DNA of 64,000 bases from Octopus bimaculoides (GCF_001194135.2 NC_068986.1:68545992-68609991), one strand, 5' to 3'. Counted from the stretch's first letter, positions 1 to 12,149 are shown. Numbers and translations: made by a program. Notes: a model not told the origin generated them from the letters alone.

Positions 1-489
1 TATATATATATATATATATGTATGTTTGTTCCTCCAACATCACTTGACAACCGATGGTGTTTATATCCCCGTAACTTAGCGGTTCGACAAAAAAGACTGA
101 TAGAATAAGTACTAGGCTTACAAAGAATAAGTCCTGGGGTCGATTTGCTCGACTAAAGGTAGTGCTCCAGCATGGGCGCAATCAAATGACTGAAACAAGT
201 AAAAGAGAGTAAAAAGAGCTGGAGGATCAGTTAATTATGATTTTATTCAACAGATTCATACACTTTTTGCAGTTTTTCTAAACCCTGTAAAAGAACTCAG
301 AAGGTTGGGTGTCCAACCAGGCTCTTCGCAACACCCTTTAAAACCAGGAACTTTCCAGCACCCCCTCATATATGAGTAGTATAAGGTGTGGGTTCAGAGA
401 ATAGTGTGGCTACCACAAAAAGTTTTTCAGAACCCCCTTGCATTTATATTATCATATACACTGTTTTCGATCATATACTTGGATCCTTT

Positions 490-573
490 TGATTCTCACC
501 TGCCTGATTACACCTGCTGCTCTATCATAAATGATTCTCACCTACCTGATTACACCTGCTGCTCTATCATAAA
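490..573. repeat. 42-bp tandem duplication
   Basis: tgattctcacct(g/a)cctgattacacctgctgctctatcataaa twice, 1 mismatch. Confidence 0.9.
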
Positions 574-659
574 ACTTCTTGTTTTGAAGTTATTTTATAT
601 TAAAACCTCCCTTCAAAATTTCATGTCATGTTCCAACCACCAGCTTAATACTTTTTTCA

Positions 660-890
660 TCTTTTATCTTTCACTTATTTCAGTCATTAGACTGTGGCCA
701 TGCTGGGGCACTAATTTAAACAATTTGTAGTTGACTAAATCAACCCCAGTACATTTTTTTTTAAAGTCTGGTACTTATTTTATCAGTCTCTGTTGCTAAA
801 TTACAAGGACATAAACACACCAACACCTGTTGTCAAGTGGTGGTGGTGGGGGAGACAAGCACACACTATATTTGTGTGTGTGTGTATGTG

Positions 891-922
<32 letters not shown>

Positions 923-1095
923 CTCACATGACAGGTTTCCTTCAGTTTCTATCTACTAAATCCACTCACAAGGCTTTGATTGGCCCAAGGCTATAGTAGA
1001 AGACACTTGCCCAAGATGTCATGCAGTGGGACTAAACCCAGAACCATGTGGTTGGGAAGCAACCTTCTTACCACACAGCCACACCTGCACCTATC
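660..1095 (-). mobile_element. SINE family A
   Basis: Reverse complement of the family A consensus seen elsewhere in the window; a further 3' half lies at 1-219 (+). Confidence 0.85.
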
Positions 1096-1568
1096 AAAGT
1101 TATGCAAACAGCTATATGTAGTAAGTGTATTTAATTGATGAGTTTTGTATATTCATATATATCCTTCAAAAGAAAAATGATTACCTAAGTTCCATGAGCT
1201 CTGAATTGACCCTGAAAAAGTCCTACCACCATATAGTTAGAACATGATACCTTTCTTAGCATTTAACCAAATGTTTAGAAATTCTGATCAACTACATGAT
1301 AGGACTGAAACATATATGTAGGTTCCTTTACTTTATTATTAGAGTTTTACAACTTGTAATCAATTTATTTAAACAGTTATGTCTTTTAAAACAAATTTTC
1401 ATCATTTTATAACACAAATTATTCATACATCCATTATTTCTCCATTTTGTTTTTTTCCTTTATATATATATATATATACTTTATTTAAAAGCAGCAGAAA
1501 TATAACAAAAAAACCGTTACTCTGAGTTTCACGTTCCCGTTCATCGGACAGTTTTGTTAGAAAATCTG

Positions 1569-1612
<44 letters not shown>

Positions 1613-1679
1613 CAACCCATGCTAGCATGGAAAGCAGATGTTAAACGATGATGATGATGATGATATATATATATATATA

Positions 1680-1787
1680 TTAGAAATAATACATTTCTAA
1701 ATCTAAAGCAGTAGTGATGTGATAAAGTAGTTGTATACTGCCAACTTTACGTGACAGTCCCAATAAGGGAATATACTACTGCTATTT
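1680..1787. mobile_element. Terminal arm of the same fold-back family, running into a gap
   Basis: tagaaataat...aaagtagttgtatactgccaactt(t/a)acgtgacagtcccaataagggaatatactactgct matches the 51770-52044 element. Confidence 0.8.
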
Positions 1788-2494
1788 NNNNNNNNNNNNN
1801 NNNNNNNNNNNNNNNNNNNNNNNNNNNNNNNNNNNNNNNNNNNNNNNNNNNNNNNNNNNNNNNNNNNNNNNNNNNNNNNNNNNNNNNNNNNNNNNNNNNN
1901 NNNNNNNNNNNNNNNNNNNNNNNNNNNNNNNNNNNNNNNNNNNNNNNNNNNNNNNNNNNNNNNNNNNNNNNNNNNNNNNNNNNNNNNNNNNNNNNNNNNN
2001 NNNNNNNNNNNNNNNNNNNNNNNNNNNNNNNNNNNNNNNNNNNNNNNNNNNNNNNNNNNNNNNNNNNNNNNNNNNNNNNNNNNNNNNNNNNNNNNNNNNN
2101 NNNNNNNNNNNNNNNNNNNNNNNNNNNNNNNNNNNNNNNNNNNNNNNNNNNNNNNNNNNNNNNNNNNNNNNNNNNNNNNNNNNNNNNNNNNNNNNNNNNN
2201 NNNNNNNNNNNNNNNNNNNNNNNNNNNNNNNNNNNNNNNNNNNNNNNNNNNNNNNNNNNNNNNNNNNNNNNNNNNNNNNNNNNNNNNNNNNNNNNNNNNN
2301 NNNNNNNNNNNNNNNNNNNNNNNNNNNNNNNNNNNNNNNNNNNNNNNNNNNNNNNNNNNNNNNNNNNNNNNNNNNNNNNNNNNNNNNNNNNNNNNNNNNN
2401 NNNNNNNNNNNNNNNNNNNNNNNNNNNNNNNNNNNNNNNNNNNNNNNNNNNNNNNNNNNNNNNNNNNNNNNNNNNNNNNNNNNNNNNNNNNNNN
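1788..2494. other. Assembly gap (others: 11116-11645, 12720-13100, 29071-29080, 30067-30130, 30947-30956, 51018-51396, 53046-53074, 55236-55871, 58341-58350, 59159-59982)
   Basis: N runs, mostly flanked by microsatellites or young repeats. Confidence 0.99.
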
Positions 2495-2890
2495 GCTGTG
2501 TGGTAAGTAGCTTGTTTACCAACCACATGGTTCCGGGTTCAGTCCCACTGCGTGGCACCTTGGGCAAGTGTCTTCTACTACAGCCTCTGGCCAACCAAAG
2601 CCTTGTGAGTGGATTTGGTAGACAGAAACTGAAAGAAACCCGTCGTATATATGTATATATATATATGTATGCGTATGTGTGTATATGTTTGTGTGTCTGT
2701 GTTTGTCCCCCCAACATCGCTTGACAACTAATGCTGGTGTGTTTACATCCCTGTAACTTAGTGGTTCGGCAAAAGAGACCAATAAAATAAGTACTAGGCT
2801 TACAAAGAAGAAGTCCTGGGGTCGATTTGCTCAGCTAAAGGCATTGCTTCAGCATGGCCACAGTCAAATGACTGAAACAAGTAAAAGATT
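2495..2890 (+). mobile_element. SINE family A, young copy (tRNA-like head, (TA/TG)n middle, gaaacaagtaaaaga tail)
   Basis: gctgtgtggtaagtagcttg...ggttccgggttcagtccc (A/B-box-like), gggcaagtgtcttctact core; highly similar to 6072, 12500, 14785 and 58962 copies. Confidence 0.9.
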
Positions 2891-3099
2891 ATGTCATCAT
2901 CATTTAATGTCCATTTTCCATACTGACATGGATTAGATGGTTTGACTGCAGATGTTAAGCCAGAGAGCTGCACCAAGCTCCAATCTGTTTCAGTTTGGTT
3001 TCTACAGCTGGAGTGTACTGGGTATCTTTTATGTGTCACCAGCACTGACCATGACCACAATTTCACTTAGCTTGATATGTCTTTTCAAGCACAATTTGC

Positions 3100-3590
3100 T
3101 ACAAGTCGCAGTCATTTGTCATTGACGCTGTGAGACCCAACATCTGAAAATCACACTTCACCACCTTGCCCCACATCTTGGGTCCACTTTTTCCACAAGT
3201 TTCTTCCACATTAGAAGTTGGCACTTCTTTGTGCAGCTGTCATCATCCATACGCATCACATGATCGTACTAGTGTAGTCTTCTCTCTTGCATACTACATC
3301 TGATGCCTCTTATTTTTCTTTTGTACATGCACACTTATTTGCACATGCAGCAGAGCATGCTAGCTTCATTTCTTTCAAGCCTTCACATGCCCTCTGCTGT
3401 CACAGCCTATGTTTCACTGCCATGCAGCACGGCTGTTCGTGCACAGGCATTATACACTCTGCCTTTCACTCAGAGAGAAGCCCTTTTTTACTAACAAAGG
3501 TAGAAGCTCTCTGAACTTTGCTCAGCCCATTCTTATTCTACCAGCTACACCCTCAGAGCATCCTCCTTCACTGCTGACTTGGTCACCTAA
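3100..3590 (-). mobile_element. Decayed RTE LINE 3' fragment
   Basis: Minus-strand translation LRVKGRVYNACARTAVLHGSET*AVTAEGM*RLERNEASML...RRLH*YDHVMRM. Confidence 0.8.
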
Positions 3591-4344
3591 GTAACGGAAG
3601 CTATTACTTCTAAATATCCCCAATGGGCATTTGATGAAATCTATATCCTCTATGTACCTAGTGTTTATATATAAGGGAGCAAATCATCTCCTTTAGGGAA
3701 ATACATTTTATATAGAGAACAGCAGTTCCCAGCTTTACCTGGATTTACTAATACCTAAAATAAATACAATCACATGAACTCACTATATTTTCAATAAATT
3801 GCTTAAAAAGATGTTAAAACAATCTTTAATTGATCCAGAAGTGTTGATATACTCAGACCTGTGGCATCCAAGCAATTCCATTAGAAAGTATCAAAAAAGA
3901 AGACATATAGTCTATGACCTCCTTCAGAAGATGTGATCCTGTTCAAAATTTTCAGTTACCTAGCTCCACGGAATATATCATTTAACATCCATTTTCCATG
4001 CTGGTATGGGTTGGATATTTCAACAGGAACTGACAAGCCAGAGGACAATGCCAAGCTACAGCATATTCTGGCATGGTTTCAATAGCTGGATGCCCTTCCT
4101 AACCCCAATCATTTTACAGAGTGGTTGCTTTTTACATGGCACTGGTACTAGTGAGGTCTCCTAGTAACTCACAACTGAGGGGCTGTAGTATTGAGGGAAG
4201 TAGCATTATGCAAGGTGTTGTGAGGTTCATGAACAGGTGTCTTACTGTAGAAAAGATACATAGATGGCTACCCCTGTTGGAAAAGATGGCGATAAAAATG
4301 TGTGAGGATGTACCCTCAGGTGACAGAAGGTTAAATGTAAGTAT

Positions 4345-4705
4345 ATCTTTTATTTCAGTCATTTGACTGTGGCCATGCTGGGGCTCCACCTTGAAGAATT
4401 TTTAGTCAAATGAATCGATCCCAGTACTTGATTTTGTTAAACCTTATACTTATTTTATCAATCTCTTTTGCCAAACTACTAAGTGACAGGGTCATAGATA
4501 CACTAACATCAGTTGTCAAGTGGTGGCAAGGGGACAGATACAGACACACACAATGAGCTTCTCTCAGTTTCCATCTACCAGATCCACTCAAGGCTTTGGT
4601 TGGCCTGAGGCTATAGTAGAAGACTCTTGCCTAAGGTGCCAGATAGCAGGATTGAACCCAGAATCATGTGGTTGGGAAGTAAGCTTCTTACCATACAGCC
4701 ACATC
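4345..4705 (-). mobile_element. SINE family A, abutting a family C fragment (about 4705-4870, -)
   Basis: Family A core and tail in reverse. Confidence 0.8.
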
Positions 4706-5127
4706 ATCATCATTATCATTTAACATCCTCCTTCCATGCTGGCATGGGTTGGACAGTTTGACAGGAGCTGGCTAGGCAGAAGCCTGCACCATACTTCTGT
4801 ATCTGTTTTGGCATGGTTTTTATGGCTGGATGCCCTTTCTAAAACCAACCACCCCGCAGAGTAGTGCAGACAGGAATGGGGAGTGAAAGATAATCATAGT
4901 GTATGAAGACGAAATGTGAGGAAGGGAAGAGATGTGGTAGTTTGGTTTATTGGGGTAGGGTGTGTGAAAATTTTGTTTCATGTGGGGTGGAACACACTTG
5001 GAGAACTCAGTTTCGCCTATGTGGGCATCACCAGACATCTTGGTCCATTGTCATTTCTTCTGCCCATTAAAATACTTTTAACAAACTCGTCATCTAATAT
5101 GCAAGCCATTGCAGTTACAAGATATAG

Positions 5128-5858
5128 TTTATTAACTATATTGATCTGAACATTTAAATAAAAACAATAAATGCTTTAAATTTCAAGATTTATTCTTTTA
5201 AAAAAAACAAAACATCTTTTTCAATGAATAAAGTTATGTTTCAAATTTTTTTATGTTAACTGAAAGCATTAATTCAAATAGAGCAGATGTTTACAAGTGA
5301 TGGGGAAGATAGAATAGATTTTAATAGATCCTGTGTATTAGTGCTGAAGAATAGTGAAAAGTTGTTACTTAGCCCCAGGTCAGCTTTCATCATGCAGACC
5401 TATGATTCTGGTCTTGACCATTCAGTCTTTCTTCAGATACAGTCTATCTAGGACTATATTATCCAATGTCTTCCTTTTTGAAAAACTAGGGTATGATTTG
5501 AGGAAGGAGTTTAGCTGCTATTTCTAGCAGAGCTAGTGACTGTGTAATGGTGGTTTCCTCATTGGCTCATTTGTGAAGAGTATACAAAGAAATGTTTGAC
5601 AGTGTAGACAGGGGCTTTAAGAATAACAATATAAAGATCATCTCTGCTGTTACCATTTTTGTTTGTTTTTTTCATTTTTATTCCATTTTTAAAAAGTTTT
5701 TTTTTCTTAAAGAATCTCCCTTTCCAATTGATTGATAAAGTTGATGTCACATAAGTAAAATGTACAAATTCGGTTGTTGGGTTCTGGTTTATAAAATAGC
5801 AAACTGTTACACTTTATTGTTATTGTTGCATATCAGTCAATGAATATGCTGGTGCCAT
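5128..5858 (-). other. Putative 3' UTR of the Phafin gene with candidate poly(A) signals
   Basis: AATAAA on the minus strand at 5813-5818, 5189-5194 and 5128-5133, downstream of the stop. The true end is unknown. Confidence 0.4.
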
Positions 5859-5888
5859 TTACATTGCTTCCTGTTCATAAAACTGTAC
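5859..5888 (-). CDS. PLEKHF2: Probable terminal coding exon (VQFYEQEAM*)
   Basis: Strong acceptor cgtttatttttattttcag, phase 0, TAA at 5859-5861, followed by AT-rich sequence with AATAAA signals. The V-x-F-Y motif recalls the Phafin1 tail. Confidence 0.75.
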   Translation of the reverse strand, partial: VQFYEQEAM

Positions 5889-6071
5889 CTGAAAATAAAA
5901 ATAAACGAAAGAGGGTCATCATTTCTGCTGGTAGAGGGTTTTGTTTCATATAGAGTTATAAAAGCTTAGAGACAGCCATGGAAAGAATGGAAGAAAGCAA
6001 GGAACAATATCGGAAAGCTAGGCATCAGATATATTTGCTGAGGAGAAACACAAAAATTAAGTGGTTTACAT

Positions 6072-6465
6072 AGGCGCAGGAGTGGCTATGTGGTAAGTAG
6101 CTTGCTTACCAACCACATGGTTCCAGGTTCATTCCCACTGCGTGGCATCTTGGGCAAGTGTCTTCTACTATAGCATCAGGACGACCAAAGCCTTGTGAGT
6201 GGATTTGGTAGACGGAAACTGAAAGAAGCCTGTCGTATATATGTATGTGTGTGTATATGTTTGTGTGTCTGTGTTTGTCTCCCCAACATCGCTTGACAAC
6301 CAATGGTGGTGTGTTTACGTCCCCGTAACTTAGTGGTTTGGCAAAAGAGACCATTAGAATAAGTACTAGGCTTACAAAGAATAAGTCTTGGAGTCGATAT
6401 GCTCGACTAAAAGCGGTGCTCCAGCATGGCCACAGTCAAATGACTGAAACAAGTAAAAGAGTAAA
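6072..6465 (+). mobile_element. SINE family A, full-length young copy in the last Phafin intron (antisense to the gene)
   Basis: aggcgcaggagtggctatgtggtaag ... gaaacaagtaaaagagta; an older partial copy follows at about 6545-6945. Confidence 0.92.
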
Positions 6466-8327
6466 TGTTCTGTGATGAGAATCAAGAGACTAAGATGTGG
6501 AATGCAAAGCACTTGCATCAGGGCATTGTTGTTGAAAAGTATGGAGGTACAGGCATGGCTGTACAGTCAAGAAGCAACTGCATTGTTTTGGGTTCAATCC
6601 CACTGCATAGCACTTTGAACAAATGTCTTCTACTATAGCCCCAGGCCAACAAATACCTTGTAAGTGAATTTGGTACATGGAAACTGTTTGGAAACCTCTT
6701 GTGTATGTGCATGTATGTGTGTGTGTGCACATATACATATATATGAGTATGTATATATATATATATATATATAGATATATATATGTGTATATATATATAT
6801 ATATATAGATATATATATGTGTGAGTGTGAGTCAGTGTGTTAGTTCTTCTCCAGCAATACTTGACAACCAGTGTTGCTTTGATTATATCTGCATAATTTA
6901 GTGGTTTTGGCAAAAGAAACTGATAGAATAAGTAGAACTTAAAATGTGTAAGACAAGAAAAAGCAAACAAGGTATGAAATAACAGAGTCATGTTGACCCT
7001 TATATGATACAAAGAAGAAAGAATTATAGAAATGCCATTTACTGAAGGTGAATGAGGAGAACGCTCGGAAGAGAAAAAGAGAGATTATACTAAATACAGT
7101 CAACCGTGGGGCAGCTATATTGTCAAAGGGATAATCACCGAGATGCTGCGAATATTCAGTGATGTCCAATATTTGGATTGAATTTGCTCATCCAGCCATA
7201 TATGTCCAATGCAGTTTAGTTACCTTTAATACCACTTTCAGCCAGTGGCTAAAGGGGCCATGATGACCAGTCAATTATAGCTGATTAAGAAATATAGTAT
7301 GGTGACTGAATAAAAGCAAATACATATAGAAACTGCAGTGAGTGCAGCAGACATCTGAAGTATGAAAGTACTTCAGAGAGAAAAGAAACAAATAGTGGCT
7401 AAATTTGGGTGCAATGTGACTGGTAAAATGAAATTTGCTCCTCGTTTCTAGTGTCCAGCAATGGATGAATTGAAGTTAGACAACAACTCATGAAACATTA
7501 TCAAGTCCAGAATGTAAAGAAACACAACTAAATATCAGAAGATACTGTCCACTGATCTACTAATTCAGTCATTATGTCCTAATAATGGTTTCAAATTCAG
7601 GGACAAGGCCACCAATTTTAGGGGTTGAGTTAAGTTGATTACATTGACTCCAGTGATCAACCAGCACTTATTTTATTGACCCTAAAAGGATGAAAGGCAA
7701 AGTTGACCTCACTGACATTTGAACTCAAAACATAAAGATGGATGAAATACCACTTAACATTTTGTTTGGCATACCAATTATTCTGCCAGCTTGCTCCCTT
7801 TTCACAGCCTAATAATAAATAATGAAAAGAAAAATGTTTTTCATGCCCTGCTTGAGAAGATCCGACAAGCCAAGTGAAATCATAGTTGTGACTGATGTCG
7901 GTGTCATGTAACAGATACCTGTGCCAGTGGCACATAAAAAGCACCCTTCAAACGTTGGACCTCATGGGGGTGATAAGTGACTGAGACCTTTGGTGATATG
8001 CCATGCTTGAGAAGACTCGTCAAGCCAACTGTGGCCGATACTGGTGCCATGTAACCAGTACCCATGCCAGTGAAACGTAAAAAGCACCCATTACACTCTT
8101 GGAGTGGTTGACATTAGGAAGAGCATCCAACTGTAGAAACCATGCCAAATCAGGCTGGAACCTGGTGCAGCTCTCCAACTTACCAGTTTCAGTCAAACCA
8201 TCTAACCCATGCCAGCATGGAAAGCAGATGCTAAATGATGATGATGATGATGATGTTGATGAATACCTTTTGTTTCAGAAAAACATTTTTTCAAAGGAAT
8301 ATTATTGTAGGATATGCTTATAAATAC

Positions 8328-8452
8328 CTGTTGATCATGGTAATTTGCATTGATAGCACTGTCCAAGAAAGTGTTTTTCTCATCTTCATCATCATTGTCA
8401 TCATCTGATGAGTCGTCAGCAGATGAATCTCCGTCATCATTTGTTGGGCAAT
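8328..8452 (-). CDS. PLEKHF2: Phafin coding exon, poly-Asp tail (CPTNDDGDSSADDSSDDDNDDEDEKNTFLDSAINANYHDQQ)
   Basis: Acceptor ctatttaatttcag, donor CAG|gtattt; 125 nt, phase 1/0. An acidic D/S tract is the characteristic Phafin C-terminal motif. Confidence 0.88.
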
Positions 8453-8582
8453 CTGAAATTAAATAGTTAAATCTTGAATCCTTTATTTGTAATAGAGAGG
8501 AAATTTTAAGTAAGGCAATCAAGGAATGAACAAAAGCTAATGAAAATGATTAAATAAAAAAAAAATGTTTTCATATTTATAA

Positions 8583-8965
8583 GTAGCTGTGTGGTAAGAA
8601 GTTTGCTTCCCAACCACATTGTTCTGTGTTCAGTCCCACTGAACCATGGGCAAGTGTCTTCTACTATAGCCTCGGGTTGACCAAAGCCTTGTGAATGGAT
8701 TTGGTGGGTGGAAACTGAAAGAAAGCTGGTGTCTGTGTGTGTGTGTGTGTGTGTTTGTTTGTTCGTTTGTTTGCCCCACCACCACTGCTTGACAACAGCT
8801 CTTGGTGTGCTTATGTTCCCAAACAGTTCAGCAAAAGCAACCAAGAGAGTAAGTACCAGACCTAAAGAAAAACTAAGCACTGGGGTCAACTCATTCAACT
8901 ACAAATTCTTCAAAGTAGTGACCCAAGATGGCTGCAGTCTAATGACTGAAACAAGTAAAAGATAA
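8583..8965 (+). mobile_element. SINE family A
   Basis: Head, core and tail recognisable. Confidence 0.85.
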
Positions 8966-9664
8966 GCAACAAGAGGTTCACAAAGATGATGCTCCATTTC
9001 AGTTCGAAATTGAGTTATAGTGATGCTAGTTTCTTCATGCTCAAAAACCATGTGGGAGAGCAGCAAACATTCAAGGGGCCATGTAAACTGATCCTTGATG
9101 CTGCAGGACTTTTCTTCTTGCCTGCACTTGGTATTTTAAAAGTGAAGGTCGGTCTATGTATCTGAGCCCACTCTTTAGTCTTGGAGGTCTTACCACAGTG
9201 ACTCAGCAGACTAAGATAGCTGTGATGACCAGCAAGGTCACATTGAAGTGGCCTTCTGGGTGGATTGCCTTACTAGAGAGCTCCACCTACCCTGGAGTTA
9301 CTGGAAGGGTATCAAAGAGGATGCTAGACCATTGGAGGGATGCCCACTCTTGGATTTGCTGTTGAGGTTGTCTATCCTAGTCTTTTCCTTTCTCAAGGCA
9401 GTGAGGGTTTGTGCTTGGAGTTTCTTCCATAGCTGGAACCCTAACAGGTGCTACTACTCTGGGTCAGAGTAGACCTAAGAGCAATAGTTGCTAAAAGGTG
9501 CTCCCACACTCCCCAAAACCCTGGAACTGCCAAACTAGGGCCCTACAACCAGATGCAGTTTAAAGTCATACTCAGAACTGAGTAGCAGTACAAGAGTAAT
9601 AAATGTATGTCTTGAGTACAATACTGACATTTACAGAGGTAAAGATTCCCAGAAAATTTGATAT

Positions 9665-9880
9665 CTAATGAAACGCCTGACTGGCCTTCGTGCCAGTGGC
9701 ACGTAAAAGCACCCACTACACTCTCGGAGTGGTTGGCATTAGGAAGGGCATCCAGTTGTAGAAACTCTGCCAAATCAGATTGGAGCCTGGTGTAGCCACC
9801 TGGTCCACCAGTCCTCAGTCAAATCGTCCAACCCATGCTAGCATGGAAAGCGGACGTTAAACAACAATGATGATGATGAA
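9665..9880 (+). mobile_element. SINE family C with RTE-like (ATG)n tail (further copies at about 2890-3060 -, 7800-8255, 19880-20055, 28490-29015, 29590-29790, 32380-32650 -, 35100-35435, 38655-38880 -)
   Basis: ggttggcattaggaagggcatccag core and catgctagcatggaaagcggacgttaaac(gat)n tail. Confidence 0.85.
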
Positions 9881-11070
9881 TAAGTACAGGGTGGGCCAAA
9901 AGTCACGTACCAAAACCTTTGACATTTTATATTACATTATTATTATTACTTATTTATTTTGTTCATCATGTAAAAGTACTTGTGAATTCATCACTATTTT
10001 ATTTATTTTATACAATATTAGAAGAATTGAAGCATGCCTTTGACAATTCCAGAGCATATTGAACTTGTTTTGTGTGTGTCTTTTTGGCCCACCCAGTATT
10101 AAAAGTCTTTCCTCAAGACATAATAAAATACTTGTAGCAGGAACTGCTTTTACACATATTTATTTCATTTCTTTTAAAGCATGATTAAGAAGTCGTTGTT
10201 TGATCTTCTAGAAATAGCAAAATCTTCCACAAACCACCATACCTTACCTTCTTCCTCAAAATAAAAAATAACATGAAAAAGTACAGTTGCTGATAAACAA
10301 AAGAGATTAAAACGTTATGGTTGGACTGCTTCTGATCATAAGTTTCCTTATGATCAGTGTTGACTTGAGGTTAAACAAGAATTTATCAAAATTTACTTGT
10401 AAAGAAAATAGGTTTTAAAAGAGCTAACATTCTATCACACCATCTTTTACACCATTCCTCAATGGTAAAATCAATAAGGATGGTCAAAATAATAGGATAT
10501 CAAATAACCAACTGAAAGGTTAATGGTTTATATTCTCTTGATGGCACTACGTCATGTCCATGGTAAAAACATTTATTAGTCAATTCACCTGACCCTATCT
10601 AGGTACAATAAGGGGTATTATCCATCCTTGTAAACAGCAGTAGAATTGTGGAATTGAGTATTTTTTTCATTCTTCAGGCTTACAACCTAAACCTGCTGAT
10701 AAATGAAGTCCAATGGAAAATGTCAAGAGTAACCATGAACCTACCACACACACACATCACCATTATCATTGTTGTTTTAACTTTACCATGATTGCAATGG
10801 GTCAAAAGACAGCTTATTGAGGCAGATTTTCTATGGCTGAATGCCTTTGTGTGTGTGTGTGTGTGTCATATATAAAGAGCTAGAAAAAATGTCTGGGAAT
10901 CCAATAGAGGGCAGATATGGTGTTTTTACACCTTTTGCCATAAGGCTGAATTTTGTTCTCCATGGTAACTGCAGTGAATTTGTCTTTAGAAGTTGAGGTT
11001 TATCACAAACATATTTTAACTCAGCTAAATTTCAGTTATACCTAAACATTGCTTGGCACTGACACTGCTG

Positions 11071-11115
<45 letters not shown>

Positions 11116-11645
11116 NNNNNNNNNNNNNNNNNNNNNNNNNNNNNNNNNNNNNNNNNNNNNNNNNNNNNNNNNNNNNNNNNNNNNNNNNNNNNNNNNNNNN
11201 NNNNNNNNNNNNNNNNNNNNNNNNNNNNNNNNNNNNNNNNNNNNNNNNNNNNNNNNNNNNNNNNNNNNNNNNNNNNNNNNNNNNNNNNNNNNNNNNNNNN
11301 NNNNNNNNNNNNNNNNNNNNNNNNNNNNNNNNNNNNNNNNNNNNNNNNNNNNNNNNNNNNNNNNNNNNNNNNNNNNNNNNNNNNNNNNNNNNNNNNNNNN
11401 NNNNNNNNNNNNNNNNNNNNNNNNNNNNNNNNNNNNNNNNNNNNNNNNNNNNNNNNNNNNNNNNNNNNNNNNNNNNNNNNNNNNNNNNNNNNNNNNNNNN
11501 NNNNNNNNNNNNNNNNNNNNNNNNNNNNNNNNNNNNNNNNNNNNNNNNNNNNNNNNNNNNNNNNNNNNNNNNNNNNNNNNNNNNNNNNNNNNNNNNNNNN
11601 NNNNNNNNNNNNNNNNNNNNNNNNNNNNNNNNNNNNNNNNNNNNN

Positions 11646-11687
<42 letters not shown>

Positions 11688-11992
11688 CATGACCAGCAAA
11701 TTTGAAAGATAAACACATCTATATTTAAAGGTCCTTTTTATATCTAAGGTGGGGTAAGATGATAAAGAAGTGAAGAAAAATGAGGCTTAAGATTCCCACA
11801 GTAGCTGATGCTGCAGAGGTGAGTAGTTAACAGATTTTTTTTTCCTGACTATTTGTCATTTCTGTAATGATGATAAATGCAATAGCTAGTCATGCTATAA
11901 ATAATGACTTGAAATTGCAGCAGCAGTGTCACTATGCAAAATTTGAAGTTACACAAACATGCCTGGTTAGTGTGAATGAAGGAAATACTCAC

Positions 11993-12149
11993 AAATGTCA
12001 GTAGGTGTAGTAGCAGCTGAACTATTATTTGCACATGCTCGGTAACAATTGTTGCACACCCTCTGAGGTTTTGATGATTGCTGTGGGAGAAGAAGCTTAC
12101 TGCTGGAGCATGGGTTACATACTACAATGCCACATTTCCGACAGTGATG
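11993..12149 (-). CDS. PLEKHF2: Phafin coding exon, FYVE core (HHCRKCGIVVCNPCSS...RVCNNCY...)
   Basis: Acceptor tttttgttttgcag, donor gtgagt; 157 nt, phase 0/1. Completes the R(R/K)HHCR and RVC motifs of the PI3P-binding FYVE finger. Confidence 0.97.

Noticed and set aside
1747-2717. Long ORFs in the track spanning N runs (also near 11025-11718, 12417-13156, 50994-51467, 55054-55965, 59140-60033)
   Set aside because: Length comes from X codons in gaps; no coding evidence.
6072-6140. tRNA gene calls at SINE heads
   Set aside because: A/B-box-like motifs only; no complete cloverleaf, and each continues into a SINE body.
8453-8522. ATG-initiated extension of the 8202-8522 ORF
   Set aside because: Upstream part is intronic (pyrimidine tract and AG at 8453-8454); only 8328-8452 resembles Phafin.
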